Part shown: positions 35,430-46,362 of the stretch, piece after piece | Position numbering within the stretch: position 1 is the first letter of the stretch | Layout: every line of letters starts with the position of its first letter | Origin: an uncultured Acidobacteriota bacterium | GTDB lineage: Bacteria > Acidobacteriota > UBA6911 > RPQK01 > JAPXNP01 | NCBI GenBank assembly: GCA_963777605.1 | Contig: CAVZRV010000031.1 | Span: forward strand, 256,001-320,000 | Length of the DNA: 64,000 nt | Reading direction: 5' to 3' | Made by a program: the position numbers and the translations under genes | The notes under the pieces: model-generated | What the model was told of the DNA's origin: nothing | What the model saw: only the letters and a program-made list of their open reading frames with translations | Database searches by the model: none

Positions 35430-38400
35430 CTACTCGACCCGCATGAGGTGATCGACCACCATCCCCGAAGGGGCCGTCTTAAAGAGCGAAATCGTCACCA
35501 CCGAAAACGGGGTGTCGGACACGATTCCGCCAAAGAAGAGGCCAACACTAGAATCACCGGAATTGTTAAAGAAGTCGTACTCGGGGCCACCCGTTCGCAC
35601 TTCGAGTCCCTCCGCCGTCTTGACCGAAATGAAATCCGTCTCCCCCTGCTGGGCAAGCTCGGTATTGAAGAACAGCCCAAAGGCCCGGACCGGCTTGACG
35701 AACCGGATCCTCATCGATTCTCCGGGGATGAAGTAGTCCAGTTGGGGATCGTCCGAGCGGCTCAGCCCCAGGCACTCGTCGCCGATACTATTGTACTTGG
35801 CGTACGGGTTCCCCTGGCTGTCCTTCTCCCATGGCGTCACCAACCCCCGGGTTCCATTTGGATAATCCTGGGTCGGCCCCGGGAACTGCTCGTATCGAAT
35901 GCCGTGCAACTCGGTTCCCGGATTGAGAATGGTTCCCCACTCGATGCCGCCATAACTCTCCGTAATCAGGTCCGGATCCGGGCCGAGCGCTGCGATGAAA
36001 TCGAGGTAGTGCGTGTAGAGACCGGCTGTGGGCGCTGCAGGCAGGGACGTCACGACGCTTCGGCCCTCATCGTAGACTCCCGGCTCGGTCACCCGGCTGA
36101 TGTAGCCGGTGGAGTTACGAATCTCGGCCAGGTAGAACCCGTCGATCGCCCCGGATTCACTGTCCTGCCGCAGCGGTGCGATGTCCCGGATCCCCGCTAC
36201 AGTCAGCCAGGAAACCACACTTCCAGTCGACGGAACCACCAGGGATATTTCGTCGGAAGACTCCTCGACGACAAGCAGGTGGAAGGAATCGGGACAACTC
36301 AATCCGGAGCGCTGCAGCCCCAGAAGGTGCCCGGGCCCACCCAAACCGGAAACCACTTGCCGGCTGGATCCACTTGTACGGTCAACGGCGATAATCCGGC
36401 CATTCACGTGATCGGAAAGGTAGATCGTGCCGTCGCAGGGATCAACAGCGATCCCCGATCCTCCGGTTGAGGCCACCTTGACGAACGATCCTGGCTCGGT
36501 GCCTCGCACCGCCTCTGGCGCCATCCCGGACGAAAGGCCCTGGTTCAGCTGGACGGCTGGGATCAGCGTGACTTGGTTCTGCTCGGCTACCAGGAGCCCT
36601 CCGGTGATGGGGTCCACCACGGCGGCTGTCGGCGCTGTCAGCCCCGTCGCGATCTCAGCGACGGAAGAACTCGAAGCTACGTTCAATCGAAGCACGCGCC
36701 CACTGGTCTTGGCGACGAGGAGGAGCACTTCACTCCCGGACGGAGGTTGATAAGGAAGCAGCTTGACGATCTCATCACCAGAGAAACTCCGGACCGGTTG
36801 CTTGACCCCGTTGGTGACGTTGTCGAGTTCGGAAGAAATCGAAGCCTGTGGCACGAGGTCGGATGTCCCGGCCGTTCCTCCCGTAACCTCACAGGAATAG
36901 AGCCGCTTCAGTGAAGCCAGGTAGGCGACGGAGCGCACAATCCCGAGCCCGGTGATGAAGTCTTCTTTGCGCAGCAGGTCCACCGACGCGCCGACCACCT
37001 GGTCTCCCGCCGTCGCCGTCACCGTGACCGGGATCGAACTGGGGAGGTTCGCCGGCGCCTTGTATACCCCAGGCCTCAATCCGGCCGACCGCGGAATCTC
37101 CATCCGGTTCCCCGTTGACCGCCCAACTGACCAGGCCGGTGGCGCCCGAAGCTTTGAAACTCGTCTGGCTGCCCGGCTGAAGCACTGCCAGCTTGGGTGA
37201 AACTGTGAACTGGGTGCCGCCGTTTCCAGGTTGATACGAGACCGGTACCGGCTGAGGCGGGATATTGGCCAGGGCCAGGCTCTGGTAACTCCCGAAAAGC
37301 GAGATCGCATGAATCGGAATGTCGCTGCTGACCCAGATCAGGCCTCCCGTCTGATCGGCCGACTTCGGAATCAGCTCATCAATCCGCTTGCTCTGACGCT
37401 GTCCAGGTTGGAGGGTGGTCACGTAGGTTCCCAGCACCGTGCCGTCCGGCTTCTCGGCAACGACCTTGACATTCGCGGCCAGCGAGCCCGGATTGAGCAA
37501 CGCGATTCCGGTGAAGAAGGGGAACCGGGTTGCCACGTGTGAAAAAAGAGCGCGCGTCTTCCCTTCGGCCGAAGCCGCCACCGACGCATAGGAGTTCACC
37601 GACGGCACCCGGTAGCCCGCGGTCCCCACGATCTCCGTCGAACTCGACACGACTTCGACCCACCCCTCGAGAAGATTCGAGCCGTGGAAGCCAAAGAGGG
37701 TCTCCACGTCGAGCCGCACGAGCTCATGAGGCCCCAGCGACTGGGTGACCGGGTTGTTGGCGACATCGGCGACGCCGTAGATCTTGCCGTCCGGCCGGTG
37801 TGCCTTGAAAGTGAGGATGGTGGACGTGTCGCCAGGATTGAGCAGAACCAACTCGGTCTTGAACGAGGACAACACGGCCATCTGAGGGAAATAAAGAAGC
37901 TTCGCTCCCGGCTGGACGGGCACTCCGTTCAACCCGAGCAAATCGCCGGGTCCTTTCACGAATTCGAATCCAGCGATCGGGTTGGACGATTCGACAGTCA
38001 GGTAGGCCGCCCCGCTAACGGATCCAAACACCGTTCCAACGTCGAAACGCGCCGTTCCCGAGGCTGAGAGTACGTAGTCCGCAAAACGGACGCCGCTCGA
38101 AGAGTGAAATTCGATGTGAAGGGCTGAAGGCGTCCCGGACGGGTTCACCAGGCTGACTTCGGTCGAGTAGTCGTCATCGGCAAGAACCTGCAGGAAGGCA
38201 AGGTTGGTGGAGGACTGCGGGAGATCGGCACCGTCGAGAAAGGAGATGGAGGGGTTCAGATAGAGGAAAAATCCGGTGAGGTTGTCTGAACCGCTGGTGG
38301 CCCTGATCCAGGCGGTGGGCGCTTCATCCGGGGCAAATGAGCCCCCGAAAATCAAGGACGTGATCTGTGCATACTGCTGGCCGGCGGGGATCTTGACCTG

Positions 38401-38619
38401 AACCGGGTTCTTGATTCCGGTGCCGCTGACCCTGGTCCCCTCGGAATCGATGGCAGTGAGCGTTACCGTGGCTTCAGCGGCGTTCGGGTTTACGATGGCA
38501 ATCCCCGTGATGGTGTCGGCCTCAAATGAGAGTCGAGGAAAATTCAGTTGGCTGGAAGAAAAGACCGGAGAGAGGCAGGCAGCCAGAACCAGGGGAATCA
38601 GTGCGATGATCCTATTCAC
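35430..38619 (-). CDS. Large secreted/surface protein: four ~110-aa beta repeats, Ig-like linker, beta-propeller and C-terminal domain (frameshift near 37090)
   Basis: Signal peptide. Repeats with TGIAIVNP, TEVSLVNP, TELVLLNP and TGIALLNP. NHL-like GIAVDP..GTIYLSD blades. Confidence 0.75.
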
Positions 38620-38845
38620 GGGAGACTCCTTTGAACCGAATAACCAAACTATAGCGGAGCCTCGCGGAGGTGGAAACCCCTCCGACCCGGACATTGTCGG
38701 CTCTCTTGCGAAAACGCCGGGAGTTCCACTGGTCCAGGGCACTCCGCACTCAAAAAAACAAAGATCGACCCATTAGGGAGCCGAATATCCGCCAAAGACC
38801 CGTCCCCAGTCGAAGTCCCTTCTGTATGAGGACTGGAGCATGGCC

Positions 38846-39451
38846 TCAAGGCTGGTGCTCGGGGTGCGTGCAGCCGGGAAACTCGCTCAAGTAGGTGTTC
38901 CCCTGGAACTCGAGCACATCTATCAGCCCCACTTCCGAGGTGTAGAAGCCTTCGACCGTCATCTCCTTGGTCAGACGATAGAATTCGAATCCCGGATGCC
39001 GCGCCTCGGGATCCCGTTCGGTGACGCTCATCTCGGTAAGGAGGGACTCCCGCTGAGAAGCTTCCAGGTCGCCGAACGTTTTCTGAAAACGCTCCCGGCT
39101 CAATCGATCCAGCAGCTCCAGGCCTTCGATCCAACTACGCTGAAGGGCCGGCTTGAATTCGGCGGCTGCATGGACGGTGAAGTCGATGAAGTCCGCCACG
39201 CGGGCCTCCCGGGCACCCGGTTTGTCGTCCGACGGGATAATGAGTTCGGTCAGAGCCTGAACGGTTCTAAACTCGTCCGGATTGAAGAAGAGAGGAGCGT
39301 ACGGAGCAGCGGCGGCGGTGGCCTGGGGAGCCGCCATAAGATTTCCTCTCGCGGGCAACCATCCGGCCAGGAACTCCTGTCCGGCAGCAGTTGCTGCAAT
39401 CAGCCCGAGGTACTTCAGGGCCTTGCGTCGTTCAATCATTGCATGCTTCAT
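38846..39451 (-). CDS. Gluconate 2-dehydrogenase subunit 3 family Tat protein
   Basis: ERRKALK Tat-like leader. ELIIPSDDKPGAREARVADFID...TVEGFYTSEVG. Confidence 0.9.
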   Translation of the reverse strand: MKHAMIERRKALKYLGLIAATAAGQEFLAGWLPARGNLMAAPQATAAAAPYAPLFFNPDEFRTVQALTELIIPSDDKPGAREARVADFIDFTVHAAAEFKPALQRSWIEGLELLDRLSRERFQKTFGDLEASQRESLLTEMSVTERDPEARHPGFEFYRLTKEMTVEGFYTSEVGLIDVLEFQGNTYLSEFPGCTHPEHQP

Positions 39452-39525
39452 TTCAAAACCACTTCTCTCGATGAATTCCCCTTCTCGAGGGCAAAAATGA
39501 AAGGCTTCACCCGGCCGCACATCGG

Positions 39526-41226
39526 CTAAACATCCCCTCTCCGGAACCGTTCCGCCAGATGATCCGCAGCCCGGCAGGCAAGGGTCATGATGGTCAACGT
39601 CGTCTGCTTTTCGGGGTGGGTCACAAAGCTCGAAGCATCGACCACGTACAGGTTCGGTATGTCGTGAGTCCGACACCACTTGTCGAGTACCGAGGTCCTG
39701 GGATCGTCGCCCATACGGCATCCTCCGGCCTCGTGCGTAACGCTGCCGAGCGGATAGGGGTCCACCTTCTCGTAGGGGAAGATCTCGGCTCCAGAGGCCT
39801 TCAGAATCGCCTCGATCTCATCGTACATCGCATCGCGGATGGCAAATGCATGGTCGTACTTGGCGTTGGTGTGGAATCGGACCTGGGGGATCCCGTAGCG
39901 ATCGGTGAGACCGTCCGGGTCGATTTCGACATAGTTGTGTTCGAACGCCAGTCCCTCCCCGTAGCCTCCCATGGAGAAACCGGCCGGATAGAGTTCCTTG
40001 ATGCGTTTCTTGTATCCGCTGCCAAAACCCGCCAGCCGGGCGCCGGGTCCGGGCCCAATGCCGCACCCGGTAAAGAAATCGAGTCTCCACCCCCGAAGAT
40101 ACTTCTTCTTGCCCTCGTGTCCGTAGTTGTAGCGCGGAATGTAGAGACAGGAAGTTCCGGGCCCGTCGTCGTTCGTCGTCGGCCGGCCCGCCAACTCCGG
40201 AAAGAAACCCTCTATGCTGTTGAACGCCACGTGCTCGGTCAGATACTTTCCGAGAGTCCCGCTCGAGTTCGCGAGGCCTTGGGGGTGCTCCCGGTTGCGC
40301 GAGTTGAAGAGGATGCGGATCGACTCGATCATCGACGCTCCCAGGACCACCGCCTTGCCGTAGGCTTCGTACTCCTGACGGGTCCCGGTATCGAGGTAGG
40401 ACACGCCCCGGACCTTGCCGGTGTTGCGGTCCGTAAGAACGGTGTGGACGACAGAGTTGGGGCGGAGTTTGAAATTGGCCTTCTGCTGCAGCTTGGGAAT
40501 CAGAACGTCCAGACTGCTGTAGCGCGAGCGGGTCTGGCAGCCGTAGTTGCAGGAGCCGCAGAAATGACACGGCAGGCGGCCATCGTAGGGCTGGCTCAGG
40601 TTGGCGAGCGGAAGCGGAATCGCCTTGATTCCGAGCCTGGCGGCGCCCTTCTTGATCAGGAGTTCCCCGCAGCGCGGGTTGAAGGGCGGAAGGAGGTGCC
40701 TGCCCATCGGGGAGTTCGGAACACCTTCCGTACTTCCCGCTACCCCGATCAACTGCTCAACCCGATCGTAGTAAGGTTCGACATCGTCGTAGCTGATGGG
40801 CCAGTCTTCACCCCATCCGTCCTGCTGGCTCTTCGCCTTGAAATCGAGGGGACCGAATCGATCGGACCCGCGCCCCCAGAACAGGGTCCGCCCGCCGACG
40901 GCCCGCACCCGGGTCCAGGTGAACTTCGAACCCGGTGCCAACGCGTAAGGGTCTTCTTCGGGAATCGTGTAGATGTGGTCGGTCCACTCTTTGATCTTCC
41001 AACCCATGCCCTGCGGCAGTTTGCCGTACTGCCCCGGCTTCCCCTGCCCCCGGTAGGGCCAGTCGTAAGGCATTTTGTGGGGATGCAGGTCTTCGGCAGG
41101 ATCGATCATCCTGCCGGCTTCGAGACACAGGACATCGAGGCCCTGCATCGCGAGCACATAGGCCGCCATCCCACCCGACGCGCCCGAACCGACGACTATC
41201 ACGTCATGAACCGTTTTCGAAGGCAT
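39526..41226 (-). CDS. GMC family FAD oxidoreductase
   Basis: VVGSGASGG, VGGRTLFWGR, WPISY, CHFCGSCNYGC cluster motif, HEAGGCRMGDDP, NLYVVDAS. Confidence 0.95.
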   Translation of the reverse strand: MPSKTVHDVIVVGSGASGGMAAYVLAMQGLDVLCLEAGRMIDPAEDLHPHKMPYDWPYRGQGKPGQYGKLPQGMGWKIKEWTDHIYTIPEEDPYALAPGSKFTWTRVRAVGGRTLFWGRGSDRFGPLDFKAKSQQDGWGEDWPISYDDVEPYYDRVEQLIGVAGSTEGVPNSPMGRHLLPPFNPRCGELLIKKGAARLGIKAIPLPLANLSQPYDGRLPCHFCGSCNYGCQTRSRYSSLDVLIPKLQQKANFKLRPNSVVHTVLTDRNTGKVRGVSYLDTGTRQEYEAYGKAVVLGASMIESIRILFNSRNREHPQGLANSSGTLGKYLTEHVAFNSIEGFFPELAGRPTTNDDGPGTSCLYIPRYNYGHEGKKKYLRGWRLDFFTGCGIGPGPGARLAGFGSGYKKRIKELYPAGFSMGGYGEGLAFEHNYVEIDPDGLTDRYGIPQVRFHTNAKYDHAFAIRDAMYDEIEAILKASGAEIFPYEKVDPYPLGSVTHEAGGCRMGDDPRTSVLDKWCRTHDIPNLYVVDASSFVTHPEKQTTLTIMTLACRAADHLAERFRRGDV

Positions 41227-41781
41227 CCCACATTCCTTCCAGCCTGAGCGAACTCCGGACCCGACGCAGCGAACTAGCCCGGCGGGCGCTGGCCCGATTC
41301 GAACGGTTGAACCAGGCGTAACCATGAACAACGGAGACCCTGTTGAAGCGTTGAATTCGATTATAGGTATTCGGCTGCTCAAAAGCGAAAAGGGAAGGCA
41401 TCAGCAGCAGGGTGAGCGGTCAGAGATTCTGGGAGTGTGTTGCCCAGACTCGGACGGAGAATTGTCTCTGCATCCCTCGCTCATACGGTCCTTTCGCTTC
41501 CTCTCCCTCCGAGCGGCGCCTTCTCCACTTTTCTCACCCGGTCTCCTCGCACTTTTTCCAACACGTTCGTAATTAGTAGATGGGGTTAGGGGTTTGGCCA
41601 CCGCCGGAGGCTTTGCCCGGGGGTTTCGTGCGCCCGCCGACGGATTGGGCGCGGAAAGACGAGTCAGATTTGGCTCAGATTGCGATTCCGGAGCCCACCC
41701 CTGGAGTGCAGGGGCGGCCTCCCCGGGCGTTCGTCCGGCGAAAGCCCGGTTCGGCCGCGATACTGCTCTTGTTAAAAGCGC

Positions 41782-42519
41782 CTACTTGTTCCGGACGACA
41801 CTGATCTCCTTGAAATGCACGGTTTGCGGCTCGTGGTGATTCTGCACGCCAACGTAACCTTCCCTGGGTCGAGGGCCGCGGATCGGCTCGTAATCATGCT
41901 CCCTCAGGGGAACTCTCGTCATGTCCAGGTAATCGTTGACCTTTTCGCCGTTCAAAACGATGATCGTCCGGTCATCATCCAGCGTGATCTCCATGGTATT
42001 CCACTCGCCCGCCGGTTTCTGGACCTGCTTCTCCGCCTTGCTGAGCGAGTAGATCGCCCCGGTCAGGTGCCAATCATCCCCCATCAGTTTCTGATGCTCT
42101 GAACGCTCGTGGGTATCCTCCGGCCAGCTTGCCTGGATCTGGACTTCGTAACCAGTGTTGACGGCCTGCCATGGATCTTTGGGAGGTTTCGGGATCCGGA
42201 TGAATATCCCCGAGTTGTCGTTTACAGAGGTCGTCGTGTAGACAACTCGGAGGGTGCAATCCCCGAATTTTTCCCGCGTGTACCAGAGGAGGCCCATGCC
42301 GCCTTCGGTCTTCATGAGCCCGTCTTCGACGTAGACCCGGCCCGGCCCCACGTGTTCCCAGCCATCCAGGTCCGTGCCATTGAAAAGCTGCTGTCGCTCC
42401 CCAACCGGAGTTCTCTGCGCAGCTCCGGCATCGTCTTTGGCTGCTGCCGCTCCCTGTTGAGCACAGCCCGCCAGGCCGAGTACCAAGAGCAATCCCCCAA
42501 CGCAAACAAGTTTCTTCAT
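41782..42519 (-). CDS. DUF1080 (3-keto-glycoside lyase/hydratase-like) lipoprotein
   Basis: Lipobox LAGC. LFNGTDLDGW, NSGIFIR, GYEVQI, TGAIY, GEWNTMEI, GYVGVQNH. Confidence 0.9.
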   Translation of the reverse strand: MKKLVCVGGLLLVLGLAGCAQQGAAAAKDDAGAAQRTPVGERQQLFNGTDLDGWEHVGPGRVYVEDGLMKTEGGMGLLWYTREKFGDCTLRVVYTTTSVNDNSGIFIRIPKPPKDPWQAVNTGYEVQIQASWPEDTHERSEHQKLMGDDWHLTGAIYSLSKAEKQVQKPAGEWNTMEITLDDDRTIIVLNGEKVNDYLDMTRVPLREHDYEPIRGPRPREGYVGVQNHHEPQTVHFKEISVVRNK

Positions 42520-42593
42520 CGTAGCAATCCTTACCTCAATCGCCAGATTGAGAATCAATTGTGAACATTGAGCCCTGCCGGGCTCGAAAATGG

Positions 42594-43716
42594 CTACAGC
42601 TTCAGAAAGATTCTCCGCCGATAAAGCCAATAACACGCGTACCACATCACCGCAAGGACGGTGCACGATTGCGCGACCGGTGCCAGCGTTCCAATCCACT
42701 GGTAATCAAACGTGAACACCCCAACAGCCCGATCCAGCCAGCCGTAAAGAACCATGCTGATCGAGTAGATGAAGATCGAGTTGGCCCCCACGACGACCAG
42801 TGGGAATGTCCACCGGCGAAATCCCCAGACCTCAACTACCACGTAGAAACCGATCATCATCACCAGGACCCAGCCCAGGCTGTACAGGATGAACGACGGC
42901 GTGCAGAGCTGCTTGACCATCGGGATCCAGGGATTTAGGCCAAATCCCAGGACAAACGACAGGACCATTCCGCCCGCTGAGGTAGGCCAATTTCTTTCCA
43001 TGAGAGGCCGAGGTCATGAGGAGGCGTCCACACCAGACTCCAGTCAGCGTCCAGACCGTGCTGGTCAGGAAGTTCAGGGTGGAGTAGGCCGGGTCGTAGT
43101 CATACCCGAAGATCCACCGATCGACCACCAGGCCGACATGATCGGTCCGCGAGAACGGCCCGTCCGGGCCGGGGAACGCGAACAGCAGTCCAGTCCAGAA
43201 CACCATCAGCCCGATTGCGGCCACGAGCTGCCAACGCCATCGCAACTGCATCAGCAGGTAACTGAGGAAGTAGGTGAAAGCAATCTGCGCCAGGACGTTG
43301 ATCAACTGGGGCTTGATCTGGTGGGCACCCACCCAGATCAACACCTCGCTCATGATGATCAACCGAACGGACCGGGCAACGACATGGTGGAAATTCTCCG
43401 CTCGGAGTAGCTCCCTGGGCCGTCCGTTTCGCAAAGGCAAAAGGCATCGCCACCCCCACCATGAACATGAAGGCTGGCTGGATCATGTCCCAGAAAACAC
43501 CTCCCTGCCAGGGAACGTGGTGGAACCAGCCCGCGACCCGGCCCCACATCGGGTCGTTGCGCAGTTCGGAGAATCCGAAAGCCTCGGATGCCAGCATGAG
43601 CATGATAAACCCCGGTAAGCATCGAGGGCGAGATAACGTTTGAGACCTTCCGCCGGAGAAGCGGCCCGCGGCTCCGACGGTGACTGTGCCACCTGCGACC
43701 CGCCAGAATCGTGCAT
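42594..43716 (-). CDS. Heparan-alpha-glucosaminide N-acetyltransferase-like (DUF5009) membrane protein, frameshifted
   Basis: RYLALDAYRG, FHHVPWQG..FWDMIQPAFMFMVGVAMPF, VVGANSIFIY...YRRRIFLKL. Confidence 0.85.
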
Positions 43717-43945
43717 CGCCGAAGTCTACTGCCATTAAAACCTGGAGTCGAGACCCTGGCCTGCGGCAATTGCAACGGCTGGGGCGGCCGGCATCTCCGC
43801 CCGCCTTCCAGATACCGGAAAGACGAACCGGCTGGCGATTCTTCCTGCGTGGACCCGCACTCACGTTCGCTCTCCTTTCGTCCGATGCGTGCGAACACTG
43901 GATGCAGCGGTATCATGATGCTGTTGCTGCTTTCCGGAGGTTGCC

Positions 43946-44170
43946 GTGATCACTGTGAGATTGAATTTTCTGGCGCTGGTGTTATTGCTATGCGCATCTG
44001 CTCCACTGGCCGCGAAAGACTACTACGTAAGTCCTCGCGGCAATGACCTGGGCCCGGGCAGTCGCATCCACCCCTGGAGGACTCTGGAGCAGGTCGCCCG
44101 GGTGATTGCGGACTGGATCGACAGCCTGGTTCTGCCAAACCCGGACAAGGTCCGGAAACAGGGTGATTGA
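43946..44170 (+). pseudogene. Short remnant of a secreted DUF1565/beta-helix-type protein
   Basis: RBS GGAGG, signal peptide and YYVSPRGND.GPGS...PWRTL N-terminal motif, followed by an unrelated 20-aa tail. Confidence 0.6.
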
Positions 44171-44182
44171 GGGACCGTCTCC

Positions 44183-44503
44183 CAGAGAGTGAAACTGGTC
44201 AAGTTTAAGCTCAATATCGCGATTCGCCCGCATTCAGAACGCGAGTAACGCGAGCGCGTCGCCAGACCTCCACCAACTGCCGCGCTTGGATCTTGCCTCC
44301 CCGCCTACGCTTTCGGCCTCCTGCCGGACTTCCGGCGGATGCAGCGCGTCAGCAGTGGCGCTCGCTCCTCTCGCGTACTGAAACCAGGGCAACCAGAATC
44401 CCTCCAACAATGGCGGCCCCCAATACTCCAACGATCGCCTCAATCAAGAGCCGGCCGGCTCCAAATCTCGCAGGTTTTCCAACTCATCCAAATCGCAGTT
44501 CCA
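44183..44503. repeat. Modular intergenic repeat element, copy E
   Basis: Left end CAGAGAGTGAAACTGG. Right part AATGGCGGCC...CGATCGCCTCAATCA..AGCCGGCCG...CAGGTTTTCCAACTCATCCAAATCGCAGTTCCA is shared with copy D. Confidence 0.8.
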
Positions 44504-44515
44504 GGCCCGCCCGCC

Positions 44516-45277
44516 TCACGCCAAAATGGCGACCGCCCGAAGCTGTTCGTAATGGGGACGGCACTCCTCGGCAAGGCGTTCGAGGTGGTCCTCCAGTTCG
44601 ATGTGGTTTTCACGATAGGGATGGAACCCGGTTGACCGGTGGACGGAAGCGTACCAGTGTTTGGCCCACACACCGTCTTCCGGCCGTGCGCCTGCAGGCC
44701 ACTGCAGCATCCCGGTTTCGAACGGGATTCCCAGGCGCTCGCACAATTTCGAGAGGACTCCCGCCGGGTTGAGCAGAACCTCTTTGGCGTCCAGGACCGG
44801 AGGATCGTAGCCTCGCTCACGTAAAGAGCGATACAACTCGGCCTGGGCGGCAAAACCGGTGTCCTTAAGCGAAGGGTGATGCACGTTGCGTGAGAACGAA
44901 AGGACCACTTCTCGTGGGTTTCTGGTCAGGAGTACGTTGTCCAGGCGTTCCAGAAACCCCCAGTCGAGACCGACCAGGTGGTGGGTCATGTTCTTGAAGA
45001 AGAGAACCGGCTTGTCGTGCTCTCCCAACAGCACGTCATGGACGACCTTTTCCCCATCGGTCTCCATCGACCGGACGATTTCGTCGGCCCCGGGGTGGTA
45101 GTACCTGGCGTCGTCCCGACTCAGGTAATGGCCGTAAAGCGGTTCGTCGAAGACCCTGGTATCGCCCCGCTGAGCGAAGGAATACATCAGGGCCGTCGAG
45201 ATGTTGCGCGGTCCGGACCAGACCGATATGCGCCGCGTCGAGGTTCCGCTCAAGAGGACTGCTCCTCCCGGTTGCAC
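44516..45277 (-). CDS. Sulfotransferase-like P-loop protein
   Basis: WSGPRNISTALMYSFAQRGD...DEPLY, FFKNMTHHL, DGVWAKHWY.SV..STGF. Confidence 0.85.
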   Translation of the reverse strand: MQPGGAVLLSGTSTRRISVWSGPRNISTALMYSFAQRGDTRVFDEPLYGHYLSRDDARYYHPGADEIVRSMETDGEKVVHDVLLGEHDKPVLFFKNMTHHLVGLDWGFLERLDNVLLTRNPREVVLSFSRNVHHPSLKDTGFAAQAELYRSLRERGYDPPVLDAKEVLLNPAGVLSKLCERLGIPFETGMLQWPAGARPEDGVWAKHWYASVHRSTGFHPYRENHIELEDHLERLAEECRPHYEQLRAVAILA

Positions 45278-46218
45278 CGGCCCACTTCTTCGCTGATTCG
45301 GCTTTCGTAGAGTCGGCCCAGCCGTCCAGTGTAACGACCGGGCCTCCCGCTGCCGATCACACGGCCGTCAACCTGGACGACCGGGGTCACGCCACCGAAG
45401 GTCCCGGTCAGGAAAGCCTCGTCCGCATCGTAAACACTCGTCAGCGTGAAGTTCCGCTGGTAGACGGGAATGCCGTTCGTTCGGCAGATTTCTATGATCA
45501 GCCCCCGGGTGACACCGTTGAGACAGTAGTCGCCGGTCGAGGTCCAGACCTCCCCTTTTCTTACGATGAAGAAGTTGGTCGAATTGCAGGTACTGACAAA
45601 TCCGTGCAGATCCAGCATGAGCGCTTCATCACCCCCGGCCTGCAGGGCCTGGACCAGGGCGATCACCTCGTGCAGCTTGCTGTGACAATTGAGCTTCGGG
45701 TCGAGGTAATCGGGTGAGCCGCGCCGGATCGCCGAGGTCTGCAGCCTCAGGCCCGCCTCCGTCGTGGCCTGGTTGGCCAGCTTGTGTTCGGCGATGATGA
45801 CGATCGTGGGACCGCCCAAAGTGAGCCGGGGATCCTGACTCGGGGTCTTCTTGATGCCGCGGGTCACCATGAGGCGAACGTGAACGCCCGTCTCCATTCG
45901 GTTCGCCCGGATTGTCCGGAGAAGCGCGTCCGCGACTCCCTTCCGGTCCATCCCGATGTCGAGACCGATGGCGGCAGCCCCCTGGAAGAGGCGATCCAGG
46001 TGCCGGTCCAGGAAGACCAGCACGCCGTCGTGAAGTCTCAAACCCTCCCAGACTCCGTCTCCGACCAGAAAACCGCTGTCGAAAACGGAGATCTTCGCTT
46101 CAGAACGGGGGACGAGATCTCCATTGATGTAGATGAGGACGTCTTTGTTGCGCGCGTCGGCCAGCGCGTCGTGGGTGCTTCGGGACACCCCTTCGGAACC
46201 GCTCGGGTTGAGAGTCAT
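45250..46218 (-). CDS. Class IV PLP-dependent aminotransferase (IlvE/D-AAT/PabC fold)
   Basis: AKISVFDSGFLVGDGVWEGLR, HSKL, DEALMLD, LNGVTRG, ADEAFLTGT. Confidence 0.9.
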   Translation of the reverse strand: MTLNPSGSEGVSRSTHDALADARNKDVLIYINGDLVPRSEAKISVFDSGFLVGDGVWEGLRLHDGVLVFLDRHLDRLFQGAAAIGLDIGMDRKGVADALLRTIRANRMETGVHVRLMVTRGIKKTPSQDPRLTLGGPTIVIIAEHKLANQATTEAGLRLQTSAIRRGSPDYLDPKLNCHSKLHEVIALVQALQAGGDEALMLDLHGFVSTCNSTNFFIVRKGEVWTSTGDYCLNGVTRGLIIEICRTNGIPVYQRNFTLTSVYDADEAFLTGTFGGVTPVVQVDGRVIGSGRPGRYTGRLGRLYESRISEEVGRCNREEQSS

Positions 46219-46362
46219 GAGTACCCGAATTGCTACTCCAGCAGGCAGGCCCATGTCAAGTCGGCCGACAGCCATGGCGTCGGCTCAGGCTCCGTGGCAT
46301 AATCATCCACAATCGTGTCCCGAACCGATTGATTCTTTTACTTTTGTGAAAGGAGTTTCACG

